Assembly (NCBI GenBank): GCA_951406725.2
Contig: OX597814.1
Coordinates: forward strand, 205,034,001-205,098,000
From: Octopus vulgaris
Lineage: Eukaryota
DNA length: 64,000 nt
Direction of reading: 5' to 3'
The notes under the pieces were generated by a model, which had not been told where the DNA came from, made no database searches, and was given only the letters and a program-made list of their open reading frames with translations. Position 1 is the first letter of the stretch. Each line of letters begins with the position of its first letter. The position numbers and the translations under genes were made by a program. Below are positions 39,460 through 52,428 of this stretch, one piece after another.

Positions 39460-40026
39460 CACTTGCGTCGGAAATTAATTAGCACTTCTCAAATTTCTAC
39501 ATTTTCTTAATTTAATTAACTTATTATTAGAAACGAACTCGTTTTTAATCAAAAATTTATTAAAACATATCCCAGCACACCACATAATTGTTATTAATCG
39601 TGAAATTTAGTCAATATCTTGTTGCTCCTCCTTTGGCAGCAATGACAGCTGCTACGCGGGTCGGCATGCTGTCTATGAGTGCCTGCAGGTACTATGCAGG
39701 GATGGCCCCTCATGCAGCAAGAAGTGCCCCAAACAGCTTGTGTCGGTTCCTGTATTGCTGCACATTCAAATCCCTACCCAATCGACTCCAGAGGTTCTCA
39801 ATAGGGTTCAGGTCAGTGAAGGGGGCTGAAGAACTTGGCACGTACTCCTCGCCACCAAAGAGGTATCCCGTACTATCTCAACGTACTTTGCTGCGTTGAT
39901 GTTGCCTTCGACGGCATAGAGCCGCCCAACACCACTGTAGCTGAACGCCCCTCACACCATCAGACCACCCCCACCATGCTTCATGGTGAGCAAATCAAGG
40001 GTGCTAATTAATTTCTGACGGTAGTG
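39460..40026 (-). mobile_element. Internally deleted Tc1-family transposon
   Basis: TA-flanked TIRs cacttgcgtcggaaattaattagcac and gtgctaattaatttctgacggtagtg. Transposase remnants are TMKHGGGGLMV*G, DLNPIENLWS and SMPTRVAAVIAAKGGATRY*. Confidence 0.9.
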
Positions 40027-40448
40027 TATATACACTGTTGATAGTCCAGTTATTGCAGTATTTGTCTTGAAGTAACATCTCTTAAGGATTTAATGTCTTA
40101 AAAACAATAAATATCAGAGAGAGATGAAAATTTGTCCCAGTGGTGGCCAGCAAAAGTGCAAAATGCATTTCAGCCTCTTTTGAAGGCCTTTTCATTGGCA
40201 CATATTCACATTTCAAGGGGTTCCTTGAAACGTGATTTATTTTTAAAGGTTACACGAGGGTGAAAAGGTCGAGAAACTCTGGTATACAGTGGCAGGATCT
40301 GCTTCCATTTCTTAAGACATCAGTAGAATAATACAGTTGATAGGAGAGGAATGGCAGCATAAGTGATGGGGTAATGAGATGTGGAGTTAAAGGTTGACCA
40401 TGGGGCAGAGTGAGAGATAGATACAAGTAAAAGGAATGAATATTGAAT

Positions 40449-41056
40449 AAGGTGGTGAGCTGGCAGAAACGTTAGCACGGCGGGCGAAATTCTTAGCGGT
40501 ATTTCGTCTGCCATTACGTTCTGAGTTCAAATTCTGCCGAGGTCGACTTTGCCTTTCATCCTTTCAGGGTCGATAAATTAAGTACCAGTTATGCACTGGG
40601 GTTGATATAATCGACTTAATTCATTTGTCTGTCCTTGTTTGTCCTCTCTGTATTTAGCCTCTTGTGGGTAGTAAAGAAATAGGTATTTCACCAGCTTTTA
40701 TGTTCTGAGTTCAAATTCTGCTGAGGTCGACTTTGCCTTTCATCCTTTCAGGGTCGATAAATTAAGTACCAGTTATGCACTGGGGTCGATATAATCGACT
40801 TAATACATTTGTCTGTCCTTGTTTGTCCCCTCTGTGTTTAGCCCCTTGTGGATAGTAAAGAGATAGAAATAGGTATTTCCTCTGCTGCTATGTTCTGAGT
40901 TCAAATTCCGCCGGGGTCAACTTTGCCTTTCATCCTTTCAGGGTCGATAAATTAAGTACCAGTTACACACTGGGGTCGATATAATCGACTTAATCCATTT
41001 GTCTGTCCTTGCTTGTCCTCTCTGTGTTTAGCCCCTTGTGGGTAGTAAAGAAATAG
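40449..41056 (+). mobile_element. SINE family B with its body repeated three times in tandem
   Basis: gttctgagttcaaattc...gtaaagaaatag starts at ~40518, ~40702 and ~40892. Confidence 0.9.
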
Positions 41057-41178
41057 GAATGAATATTGATGGCAAGGGTGAAGAATGGACTATCAACAGG
41101 AAGTGGTTTGGGAGAGAGATGTCACTTCAATTATATATGTACTTGCAATTATACATGTAAATAATTCAATATCAACAG

Positions 41179-41229
41179 AACATTCTGGAACTGGTTCAAG
41201 TGAGGACAAAGAACAGAAACGTAAATCTC
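41179..41229 (+). CDS. Candidate internal exon (EHSGTGSSEDKEQKRKS)
   Basis: atcaacAG, 51 nt open in phase 1, then GTGAGT. Confidence 0.45.
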
Positions 41230-41349
41230 GTGAGTTGGATAACTTTTTTTTTTATTCACACTTTATATTTTCAAGATTGTTTGACATTGATTTGCTACCA
41301 TTGCTGGAAAGGACAGAATGGAATTTTAATATTTGAATATAATTACTAA

Positions 41350-41769
41350 CATGGCTATGTGGTAAGGAGTTTGCTTCCCAAACCACATGGTACCAGGTTC
41401 AGTCCTACTGTGTGGCACCTTGAGCAAGTGTCTTCTTATATAGCCTTGGGCTGACCAAAACCTTGTGAGTGGATTTGGTAGACGGAAAATGAAAGATAGC
41501 CAGTGGCATGCATGCATGTGTGTGTGTGTGTGTGTGTATGTGTGTTTGCATCTGTGTTTCTACCCCTCACCCTCCACTGCTTAACAACTGGTGTTGGTTT
41601 ATTTACATCCCCGTAACTTAGTAGTTTGGCAAAAGAAGCTGATAGAATAAGCACCAGGCTTAAAAAGAAAATAAGTGATTGATTTGTTTGACTAAAAATT
41701 CTTCAAGGCAGTGCCCCAGCATGGCCACAGACTAATGACTGAAACAAGTAAAAGATAAAAAATAAAAGA
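41350..41769 (+). mobile_element. SINE family A (older subfamily)
   Basis: Head and tail match family A. Confidence 0.8.
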
Positions 41770-41944
41770 TGATATCACAGTAAAAATTATAATATTTGCT
41801 TATTATAATTGCTATTAATTACTATAATGAAAGTGGATTAACAAAATTGGTCGAAAGGCAAACTAAAAAATGTCTTGCAAGTATTTAATTGTTGCCCTTT
41901 TGTTTTATTATCCTTGTTTATTTCCATGCTAGAATGGGTTAGAC

Positions 41945-42904
41945 TAGGGGTCACCAAACCTATTTCATGGCAGGCCAGATAACAGAGAGAATGATGAGCA
42001 TGGGCTGCATAACCGTTTTCTTCAATACAATACTCTTTACTCTCTTTTTACTCTTTTTACTTGTTTCAGTCATTTGACTGCGGCCATGCTGGAGCACCAC
42101 CTTTAGTCGAGCAACTCGACCCCGGGACTTATTCTTTTAGTAAGCCCAGTACTTATTTTATCGGTCTCTTTTTGCCGAACTGCTAAGTGACGGGGACATA
42201 AACACACCAGCATTGGTTGTCAAGCAATGCTAGGGGGACAAACACAGACACACAAACATACACACACATACATATATATATATACATATATACGACAGGC
42301 TTCTTTCAGTTTCCGTCTACCAAATCCACTCACAAGGCATTGGTCGGCCCGAGGCTATAACAGAAGACACTTGCCCAAGATGCCACGCAGTGGGACTGAA
42401 CCCGGAACCATGTGGTTGGTTAGCAAGCTACTTACCACACAGCCACTCCTGCGCCTATGCAGTGAATACACAAAGAATAAAGACAGCCAACATCTTTTAT
42501 TTCCCCAAAAGTCATCAAAGAAGGTGACATTGGCTATAAGATAGTTATATCACACCCAGTGCACACATATCTGAATCTCAAAAACTAAGCCGCAAAAAGG
42601 TTTGGTGGGATTTGTGAAACTGGTGTGTTTAGCTTTTAAGATATTATCAATATTTGCTTTGAATTGCTGCATCCAACCAAGAGAAATGCTTCCAAATGTT
42701 CATCAGTCAACCTCGTTCGATGTGCTGACTTTGAATTCTTCATTTTTGAAAATGTTTGCTCACAGACATAAGTTGTTCCAAACACTGATGCCATACCAGA
42801 GGCAAATGCAGGTATTTACACAAAAGGTACAGAGCGGTGGTGGGCCGGATGAACTGACCTCAAGGGCTGGATCTGTCCTGCAGGCCATAGTTTGGTGACA
42901 CCTG
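41945..42904 (-). mobile_element. Deleted hAT (Charlie/Buster-like) transposon containing a SINE A insertion (42030-42456)
   Basis: TIRs taggggtcaccaaac and gtttggtgacacctg, with an 8-bp TSD ggttagac/ggttaaac. A dimerisation-domain remnant ASVFGTTYVCEQTFSKMKNSKSAHRTRLTDEHLEAFL lies at ~42670-42792. Confidence 0.88.
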
Positions 42905-43948
42905 GGTTAAACAAATACGTTGTATTAAGGTTTTGTTTTGCAGATGGATGCCCTTCCTGTCATTAATCCTTCCCTGTTTTTCAAGTAAAGGAAATTTTAT
43001 TCTTGTTGTTCCTGAAAGTACAGTGTTAAATGTCATTCGTTGATAGGGAAATAACAACACATGACACTGTTCCTTGCTCAGCTCATCATAGAAGATAAAC
43101 ATCACCACCACACACACGCATGTGCACGCACACACATGTATACACACACACACACACATGTACCAAAAGTTTCCTGTAATCTCAAACTACTGAAGATATC
43201 TGGCCAAGGCAGCCCACAGTGGTTTAGACAGTTGAAAAAGAGAGGGATAGAGTAGAAAGGATGTAGGGGTTCGTTGAGTTAAGGTGCCCAGGATTTTCCA
43301 AAAGTATAAGGGTGGAGGTGCGAGAGAAAGGAGAAATAAATTAGGATGAGAGGAGCAAATGGAGGCAGGGGTTGTTGAGGGAAGCCAGAGGGGGAAAGGG
43401 GGAAATGTGAGGGTGCCATTGGGGTGGAGAAACTGTAGGGAGGGGACAGAGAGAGAAGAAAATGAGGGATAGGTTGATGGGGCAATGAGTGAGTGCAGTG
43501 AGGGCAAAGAGGGGAAATTATGGTGGGGGACAGAGTTGAATGGGAATGTAGAGAAAGCATCTCAGATGGGGAGGCCATGGAGGGAAGATGGTGAGAAAAA
43601 AGGCGAAGAGGAACAGTTAGTGAATGTGGAGAGAGTGATAAGGGGAAGAAAGATTGGAGGGTACCCTAAAGGTGTAGGGTGGGCAGAAAGATAAAACGGA
43701 AGGGAAGGTGTTAGGTGGCAGCAGAGGTAACAGTGGAGAATGTGATGGCTGGGAGTAAAGTAAGGTGAGATAGGGGTGGGTGGGTGAGAAAGAGAAAGGA
43801 GACATGTAGGGGGTGGGGGTAGATGTGAGGCCATAAAGTCAAAGTCAAGGGGTGAGGATGTATGGGGATGGGCGGTAAGGTGGGTTTAAGAGGAGATAAA
43901 TATATATACACAAATACATATGCATGTGTTTGTGTGCATGTGTGTGCA

Positions 43949-43980
<32 letters not shown>

Positions 43981-44024
43981 CACAGTTCTGTATAGATGTA
44001 TGTATTTGATTATTTTGCTTAGGC

Positions 44025-44245
44025 AAGGCAGTGAGCTGACAGAATCGTAAGGATGCTAGGTAAGATGCTTGGCAGCATTTTGCTCATCTTCATGTTCTGA
44101 GTTCAAATTCCGCCGAGGTTGACTTTGCCGTTTATCCTTTTGGAGTTCGATAAACTAAGCACCAGTCGAGCACTGGGATCGATGTAATTGACTTACCCCT
44201 CCCCCGAAATTACCGGCCTTGTGCCAAAATGTGAAATCAATATCT
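44025..44245 (+). mobile_element. SINE family B
   Basis: Reads aaggcagtgagctgacagaatc...gttctgagttcaaattccgccgagg. Confidence 0.8.
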
Positions 44246-44254
44246 TGCTTAGAC

Positions 44255-46258
44255 AGTGCAAGGCAAATAACCCAGTGTAGAACTCAATACGTGTATGTTA
44301 CAGTGCACTTATAAACTATGTTTTTAGTGAGACAACGGTAATCCAAAGGACAGGAGGTTGGGTGTCTGAAGCTGCATAGGTTTGTAGGGGGTGTTCTGGA
44401 TGAGCTTGGGAAGGGATTGTTATTTAGTGACAAATCAGTGTTTGGTTAATTATTATAGTTGGAGTTAAAGCTATCAATTGTTAAGGGGTTGAGGGTGGCG
44501 TTGTTGGGTTGTATGGTATGATAATTATTGTGTCCGGTGGTATCCTCCGTGGTATTCTCTATTATGGCAGGAGGTGTATTTGGCTGTTGTGGTAAATTTA
44601 AGGGTCAGGTGTTACCAGTGGTACTATAGTTGTAGTTATGAGGGTTTGTTTTGTTATGGGGGTCAGTTGGTGTATTGAGTTTATATGTATGGAACTGGGT
44701 GCTATGTTGAATAATTTACTAGGGTAGGGGTTAGCTGTTTGTGGGTTTCAAAGTTTCTTGCTGTTAAGATATCGGATAACTCTCACAATGTTGTTGGTGG
44801 TGGTGGTGGTGGAGTAGGAGAATTTTATAGATTGGGGGTTAAATATTTTGCTAAGGGGGTTAGATTTAGGGAAGAGTTTTGCAAGTAGGTGAAAAAGAAT
44901 TTTGGGTACTGAAGTCTGGACGTTAAGGGTAAAGGTGGTGTGGAACCACATGTCTCAGGTTCTAGTTCATTTAATCTGACTGGTGAAGGCTACTTGGGCA
45001 GAGATAGGGTTTTGGAGGTTTATGTTGGTGTCTGTTTTGTGGGTTGTGGTGTATGTAGAATTAGTGGTTATCTAGTAGGGGTTTGTTTGATAGGTCAATT
45101 GCTACTCCAATGTTTGGGTGGGCATTGGAGGGGTGGGGTAGGAGAAGCTTAGGTCTATCATATGTGGGTTGGGAACTGGTTTTGCTCTGGGTTTAGTTGA
45201 GAGAAGGAGGTCCCACATGGGGATGTATTCAGTTGAATGTTTATATCTGGTATGTTGTAGGGCACAATTGTGGCATTCAGCATATTCATCATCATCATCA
45301 TCATCATCATCGTTTAGCATCCGCTTTCCATGCTAGCATGGGTTGGACGGGTCAACTGGGGTCTGTGAAGCTGGAAGGCTTCGTCAGGCCCAGTCAGATC
45401 TGGCAGTGTTTCTACGGCTGGATGCCCTTCCTAACGCCAACCACTCCGCGAGTGTAGTGGGTGTTTTTTACGTGCCACCTGCACAGGTGCCAGACAGAGC
45501 TGGCGAACGGCCACGAACGGATGGTGCTTTTACGTGTCACCGGCACGGGGCCAGGCGATGCTGGCAACGAACACGGATGGATGGTGCTTTTACGTGCCAC
45601 CGACACGGGGCCAGACAGAGCTGGCAACCGGCCACGAACGGACGGTGCTTTTACGTGTCACCGGCACGGGGCCAGCCGAGGCTGGCAACGGACGCGAACG
45701 GATGGTGCTTTTACGTGCCACCGACACGGTTGCCAGACAGAGCTGGCAAACGGCCACGAGCGGACGGTGCTTTTACGTGTCACCGGCACGGGGGCCAGCC
45801 GAGGCTGGCAATATTGTTCAAATAAATCTTGATTACTAGATGAGGAGGAGATCCAGTAGGACATGCTTTCTATAATAGATTTTAGGATGGAATGGGGGTG
45901 GTTGGAGAAGTTCACATAGTGGAGGTTTTCTCCAGGTTTGTGGTATGGATAGGTTTGGTTTTGTAACCGCAGGGTAACATCTAAGAAATTAACAGTTTTG
46001 ATGTTGTTACAGAAAGAGATGCTGAGGCCAACGTTTTTAAAGAAGCTTCTAAATCTTTTTTAGTTTGTTCAACCACTAGAATTTCAGACAGTGAACAGAG
46101 TACCATCTCTGTGTAGACCACCAGAAATTTTGTGAAATTGCTCATGGATACCATTAAGAAGGTTGAGTCCAACGAGTCAGTAACTTAGGCAGAGTTATTG
46201 GCTCCCATAGGGATGTCAAAAAAATTGGGCATATTTTTGCGGATCCACAATTTCCCAT
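44255..46258 (-). pseudogene. Decayed Penelope-like element ORF (RT plus GIY-YIG start), interrupted by an RTE tail at 45287-45810
   Basis: Remnants include MGNCGSAKIC, GLHRDG, NFLDVTL...YHKPGENLHYVNFSNHPHSILKSI, WF...LFPKSNPLSKIFNPQSIKFSYS and CLTKNIVYKCTV. Confidence 0.85.
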
Positions 46259-46260
46259 CG

Positions 46261-46311
<51 letters not shown>

Positions 46312-47114
46312 TATATATATTATTTGCGTATGTATACACATAAACACACATACAGATAAATGTACACATATACATATTCACAAACAGGCACATACATATA
46401 CACATATATACACACAGGTACACACACACACAAACATACGTACATGCACATACATAAATATATATATGTATATATCTACATAGTACCCCTTCCTCCCCCC
46501 AAAATCATATGCACATACATATCATACATATATACATATATATATATACATATAAAGTGATAAACAAATTAATAAAAGGAGGGGAAATCATCGTCATCAT
46601 CATCATCACCATCATCGTCGTTTAACGTCTGCTTTCCATGCTGGCATGGGTTGGACCAGTTTGACAGAGGATTGGCAGACCAGAAGCCTGTACCAGGCTC
46701 CACTCTGATCTGGCAAGGCTTCTACCATGTGTACATATATCTTGGTGTGTGTGTGTGTGTCTGTGTGATTGTGAACTGGGTTCGAGTGTGTGTGTCTTTT
46801 GGTATCTGTGGGTGCCTCAGAATGCAGGCATATGTACATATAAACATATATTTCCATTAACACATCTAATTACATTTTGGACATATACTTTTCTTACATT
46901 TATATTGACTTCTCTCATTGTTGATACTATTCCCTATATGGGCACCAATGTAATTCTTTCCAAATTAATTGCAATTCATATTTGAGGCTCTGGTGTAGCT
47001 ATAAGGTGTTATTCAGGCACCCAACTATGAGTGCATTGCATCCAGTAGCAGAAACAGCAGTCAGCTAATGAAGTTCATAAGATAATCATTTATTATTTTG
47101 TCATCTCACTTTTC

Positions 47115-47405
47115 TCATGTATGTACGTTTATATGTATGTGTGCATGTGTGTATGTATAGATGTATGTGTGTATATGTGCGTGTGTATATATGTGTGTAT
47201 ATGTGCGTGTGTATATATATGTGTGTATGTGCGTGTGTATATATGTGTGTATATATGTGCGTGTGTATATATGTGTGTATATGTGCGTGTGTATATATAT
47301 GTGTGTATATGTGCGTGTGTATATATATGTGTGTATATGTGCGTGTGTATATATATGTGTGTATGTGTGCGTGTGTATATATATGTGTGTATATGTGCGT
47401 GTGTG

Positions 47406-47436
<31 letters not shown>

Positions 47437-47906
47437 ATGTGGGTATATATGTGTGAGTATGTGGGTAGATATTTGTGTGTGTGTGTATATATATATACAC
47501 ACACACACACACGAGTATATGTATCGATTCGCACACACACACGTATATAAACCATGACTTCCCCAGACATTTCATGTTGTTGCTGTTGTTTATTCCCAAG
47601 TTGGCTCTGATCAAGTAAATCAACGATTAATGAAGCTTTTGCTGTTATTTCCAGCATATTGAATGACCTCTCTCCATACTCCCACACAACGTCCCTCATT
47701 ATACAAGTGTATACATACATATATATATATACATATATATATATACACACATGTACATACACACACACACAGATATATACATACACACACAGATATATAC
47801 ATACATATATATACACATACACACACACATACACACACACACATACATACACACACACATATATACACACACATATATACACACACACATATACACACAC
47901 ACACAT

Positions 47907-47939
<33 letters not shown>

Positions 47940-48022
47940 TATACACACACACATATATACACATACACATATACATATACACACACACATATACATATAC
48001 ACATACACACACACATATATAT

Positions 48023-48055
<33 letters not shown>

Positions 48056-48095
48056 TATATACACATACACACACACACACACACATACATACATT
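47115..48095. repeat. TG/TA minisatellite (47115-47520) and CA/TA microsatellite (47710-48095)
   Basis: Seen directly in the sequence. Confidence 0.9.
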
Positions 48096-48494
48096 CATAT
48101 TTCTGTATTACACATATTCTATATTTAGTAGGTTGCAATCCTATATGTTAATATAGTATTAAGTGATATGATGATAGCCAACTCTGAAAACAGATGGAAT
48201 CACCAAAGTTAGGTGAAACATAGTATTGTTGTTAATTTGCACACCTACAGGAAGTGTCTTGAAGCGGTGTCATGTTACCACTGTTCCAATTCTATGGTGA
48301 GGACTGCTGTACTTAATTCTCTGTCGATCTTCAACTAAACTATAAAATTTTTGTTACATGAGAATGTTTTCAATGAAGTTTTGTTAGACATAGCTGTGTG
48401 GTTAAGAAGTTTGCTTGCCAACCTCTTGGTTTTGAGTTCAGTCCCATTGTATGGCACTGTAGCAAGCATCTTTTACTATAGCTGCCCATAAGTC

Positions 48495-48590
48495 ACACGC
48501 AGACGAATGCTCAACACCGCCTCACATGGTTTAAAGAGTGCGAAAACTGGAATATTGGACAGTGGAAAACCGTTGTGTAGAGTGATGAAT
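48495..48590 (+). pseudogene. Tc1 transposase fragment
   Basis: NAQHRLTWFKECENWNIGQWKTVV*SDE resembles the RLxWA...WKxVLWSDE motif. Confidence 0.65.
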
Positions 48591-48882
48591 GTCAAATGTA
48601 ATTTTAAATTAAATTAAAAGAATTTTTGAAAATTAAACCATTAAATAGATTAAGGATTAAAATTTAAAACTAAAAATGATAAAATTAGAATTAAAACAAA
48701 TTAAAAAATTAAAATAAAAGAATTTTAGAAAATATAAAAAAGGTAATAATAAAACAATAATAAATAAAATAAAGTTAAATTAAAAATTTTTTAAAGTTTA
48801 AAAAATATTTTAAATATATATATATATACATGCTCACACATACTCATACATACACATGTATATATGTACACACACACATGCA

Positions 48883-48942
<60 letters not shown>

Positions 48943-49310
48943 AATTAGATAAGCTCTTTGGCATCATACCCATCTCAATCATTGTCTCTGACTATAGTGT
49001 TAAAGTTATCTAAGGAACTTGCTGAAGGATTTATTATCAAAATACAATGTATCACTAATTCCTGTCTATGGTCAGTTAGGTTATTCTCTGATGTAAGTAT
49101 TTAGACGGACTCATCTAGGCAGGAATCCTATCTCGTTCTTTCTATTTCATATGGTTTTGCTCGACTCGGGATCAACCATTTTAACTCGTATTTAGTTTTG
49201 TTTTCCTTAAGTTGCCATATTTGCTTGTGAAGTGATGTTGCATTTATGAAGTATTTTGCTTGGATTGATTATCCCTCACTAATAATTCCGTTTTATATAA
49301 ATATATATAT

Positions 49311-49620
49311 ATGAAATTGAAAAATAGTCAACAAGAAGGAGTACGGTTAGATAGCTATTTAAAAAAAACTACACGTTTCGATACAACATAGGTCCACATA
49401 TGCACATGTGTTAGCATCGAAGTCAAAGCTTTACTAATGGGGTCTGCAATTTATTTATTACCTGAGGAGATACAACTTGATTCCATTATACAGGTAAACC
49501 GTTGCTTACTTTAAATTCTGTGTGTATTTGGATCTATGTTGTAGCGAAACATGTGTAGCATTCATTAAATAGCTTTCTAACTGTACCCCTTCTTGTCGAC
49601 TATTTTTTCAATTTTATTTT
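49311..49620. mobile_element. Head-to-head inverted PLE-like termini with a hammerhead-like motif (49458-49561, +)
   Basis: 49313-49400 is the reverse complement of 49520-49616. The motif reads CUGAGGA-gauacaac...guuguagc-GAAAC-augu-GUA. Confidence 0.65.
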
Positions 49621-49732
49621 CACACACGATGAATGCCTATGCCTAGACTTGAAAGTATACTGTCATACTACCGGCTCTTTGGTAATTCTAAGGGTGAAAG
49701 AGCTCTATTTTGTACTCTACTATGTTCTCAAT

Positions 49733-50010
49733 GGATGCCAGCACCGCCTTGGCTGGCTTCCGTGCCACTGGCACGTTAAAAGCTCCAACCGATCTTGACC
49801 GATGCCGGACCACCCCTGGCACCTGTGCAGGTGGCACGTAAAAAGCACCCACTACACTCGCAGACTGGTTGGCATTAGGAAGGGCATCCAGCCGTAGAAA
49901 CTCTGCCAGATCAGACTGGAGCAGCCCCTGGCTTCCCAGACCCCGGTCGAACCGTCCAACCCGTGCTAGCACGGAAAACAGACGTTAAACGATGATGATG
50001 ATGATGATGA
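49733..50010 (+). mobile_element. RTE 3' tail
   Basis: Matches the consensus and ends in (GAT)n. Confidence 0.85.
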
Positions 50011-50289
50011 TATATATATATATTGGGAGAGTTTACGAAAAAAACAAAAGATGAAGGCAGGTGGTGTACAAAACAAACAGATATATTTGTATAATGCTCA
50101 GGAATAGAAAAAGTCTTTTACGTTTCAAGCCTACGCTCTTCTACAGAAAGGGACACAGAAAAAATAAGGAGAGAAACAATATATGTAAGGTGTATTTAAC
50201 TGTTATCCAAAAGGTTCTGCCCCAAAGTGATCAAAATAAGTGACTTCTATTATGCAGTATTGGTGAAACAAGCCCACTTATGAATAGCC

Positions 50290-50765
50290 CTCATTCATTG
50301 GACATTAAACTTTGCTTACAAAGACCTGTTGAGGCAAGTGAAATCAAAATCGCTGACATGGCCGATGACAGTACTGCCTGATTGGCACTCATGCCAGTGG
50401 GATGTTAAAAGCACCATCTGAGCATGATCATTGCCAGGGCCGCTGATTGGCTCCCGTGCCAGTGGCATGTAAAAGGCACCATTTGATCGTGATCGTTGCC
50501 AGTGTTGCCTAACTGGCACATGAAAAACAACATTCAAGCGTGGTCATTGACAGTGCCACCGGACTGGCCCTCGTGCCAGTGGCAGATAAAAGCACCCACT
50601 ACACTCTTGGAGTGGTTGGTGTTAAGAGGGGCATCCAGCTGTAGAAACTTTGCTAGATCAGATTGGAGCCAGGTGCAGCCTTCTTGCTTGCCAGCCCTCA
50701 ATCAAAGCATCCAACCCATGCCAGCATGGAAAGCAGACGAAAACAACGACGATGATGATGATATG
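50290..50765 (+). mobile_element. RTE 3' UTR/tail
   Basis: Includes aagacctgttgaggcaagtg, as at 29876. Confidence 0.85.
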
Positions 50766-52064
50766 ATGAACAGTTGACAGGATTTTAGGTTGTTTTAAAG
50801 TCATCTTGGCTTTAGGCTCCATCCATCATCCAGTTCACCACCACCGCCACCATCTCGTCCTTGGCTACTTTTAGCAGACTCTACTCTGTTACAAGGATTT
50901 AGATCAGGTGTCTCTGGTTTGATGATACCTTCTGCCCCTCCTTCCTTCTTACCAGTCTTGCACATCCTATGAAGTGTCATAGGCACTGACTGCCTTCCCT
51001 GAGTTCATCATCATCATTTAACATCTATTTTTCTATGCTGGTATGGATTGGATGGCTTAACAGCAGCTGGCAAGGCTAGGAGCTGCTCCAGGTTCCATTG
51101 TCTGTTTTGGCACGGTTTCTACAGCTGGATGCCCTTCCTAATACCAACCTCTTTACAGAGTGTACTGGGTGCTTTTTATGAGACACAAGCATTGGTGCTT
51201 ATTTGATAAAAAAAACAAAACAAAACAAACCACTTTCACACCTGATAAACATTGTATAGTAATCCCTATTTTGCTGAGCTTCTTCTCAGCTAATTAACAG
51301 GAACTAATAAATACCTTATTGGTTCTATAATCATTATAGTAATCACTGCTCTCTACTAATTAACAAGAATTAGCAAATGACAAATTGGTTTTATATTTAA
51401 TATAGTAATCACTATTTTGCTGAGCTCCTGTAATATTGGTATTACTATTATTATTATTATTATTTGCTGAACCTGATAGTTATATCCTCAGCTCACACCA
51501 TATCATATTATTTCTAAAGTATAAAGCAGATGTGTTATAAGATACAGCAGCTGTGAGTCTATATTGAGTAACAGGCTAATGTTGGGGATAAAATGCTGCA
51601 ACACACAATGGAATGCTGGTTCCTGTTAGTCTCAGCTGTGAAGGAGTTAAATGTGAAACGTCTTTTATTTCTGTTTTACATTTCTGAAGGCATCTTGTTG
51701 TTTGTAGGTGTTCAGCAGTTAATGTTGCTTAAGAGGTTCTTGGGGAGTGTGACTTTAAATAAAACCATGTAAAACAAAACCAGTCTTACCCTTGGCTCAA
51801 TCATATAAGTAAGATTTATACAATAATCTATTCTAACTTATAAAAACATCAACAAACTTTTAAATAAAAACTTAAAAACATTTTCAATTATCAAATATTG
51901 AAATAAATCCTTTCGTTATTATATTTCTATTGAAATATACTTCCATTATTTCAATTAATTTTGAAAATAACGAAGGATTTACTAAAGTAATTTTCTCGTA
52001 ATTAAGCTGACATTTTGAACATAAACTGACATCAAATTTTGATGAAAGGTGTTAATTTCAGTCA

Positions 52065-52428
52065 CAAAATCGAAATCGATCAAAATCAATAGAAATTGTA
52101 GTTGTGATACCAGTGCTGGTGGCACATAAGAGAACCATCCAAATGTGGCCGTTGCCAGCGCCGCCCCGACTGGCCTCCGTACCAGTGGCACGTAAAAAGC
52201 ACCAACTGATCGTGGCCGTTGCCAGCCTTCCCTGGCACCTGTGCCAGTGGCACGTAAAAAGCACCCACTACACTCATGGAGTGGTTGGCATTAGGAAGGG
52301 CATCCAGCTGTAGAAACACTGCCAGATCAGACTGGGCCTGGTGCAGCCTCCTGGCTTCCCAGACCCCAGTTGAACCGTCCAACCCATGCTAGCAAGGAAA
52401 GCGGACGTTAAACGATTATGATGATGAA
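52065..52428 (+). mobile_element. RTE 3' tail
   Basis: Matches the consensus. Confidence 0.85.

Noticed and set aside
45470-45810. Regularly spaced repeats with varying spacers resembling a CRISPR array
   Set aside because: These are modules of the RTE 3' UTR. The spacers are related to each other, the context is eukaryotic and there are no cas genes.
46013-46200. Plus-strand acceptor-like site and putative exon
   Set aside because: The region is the antisense strand of a decayed Penelope-like RT.
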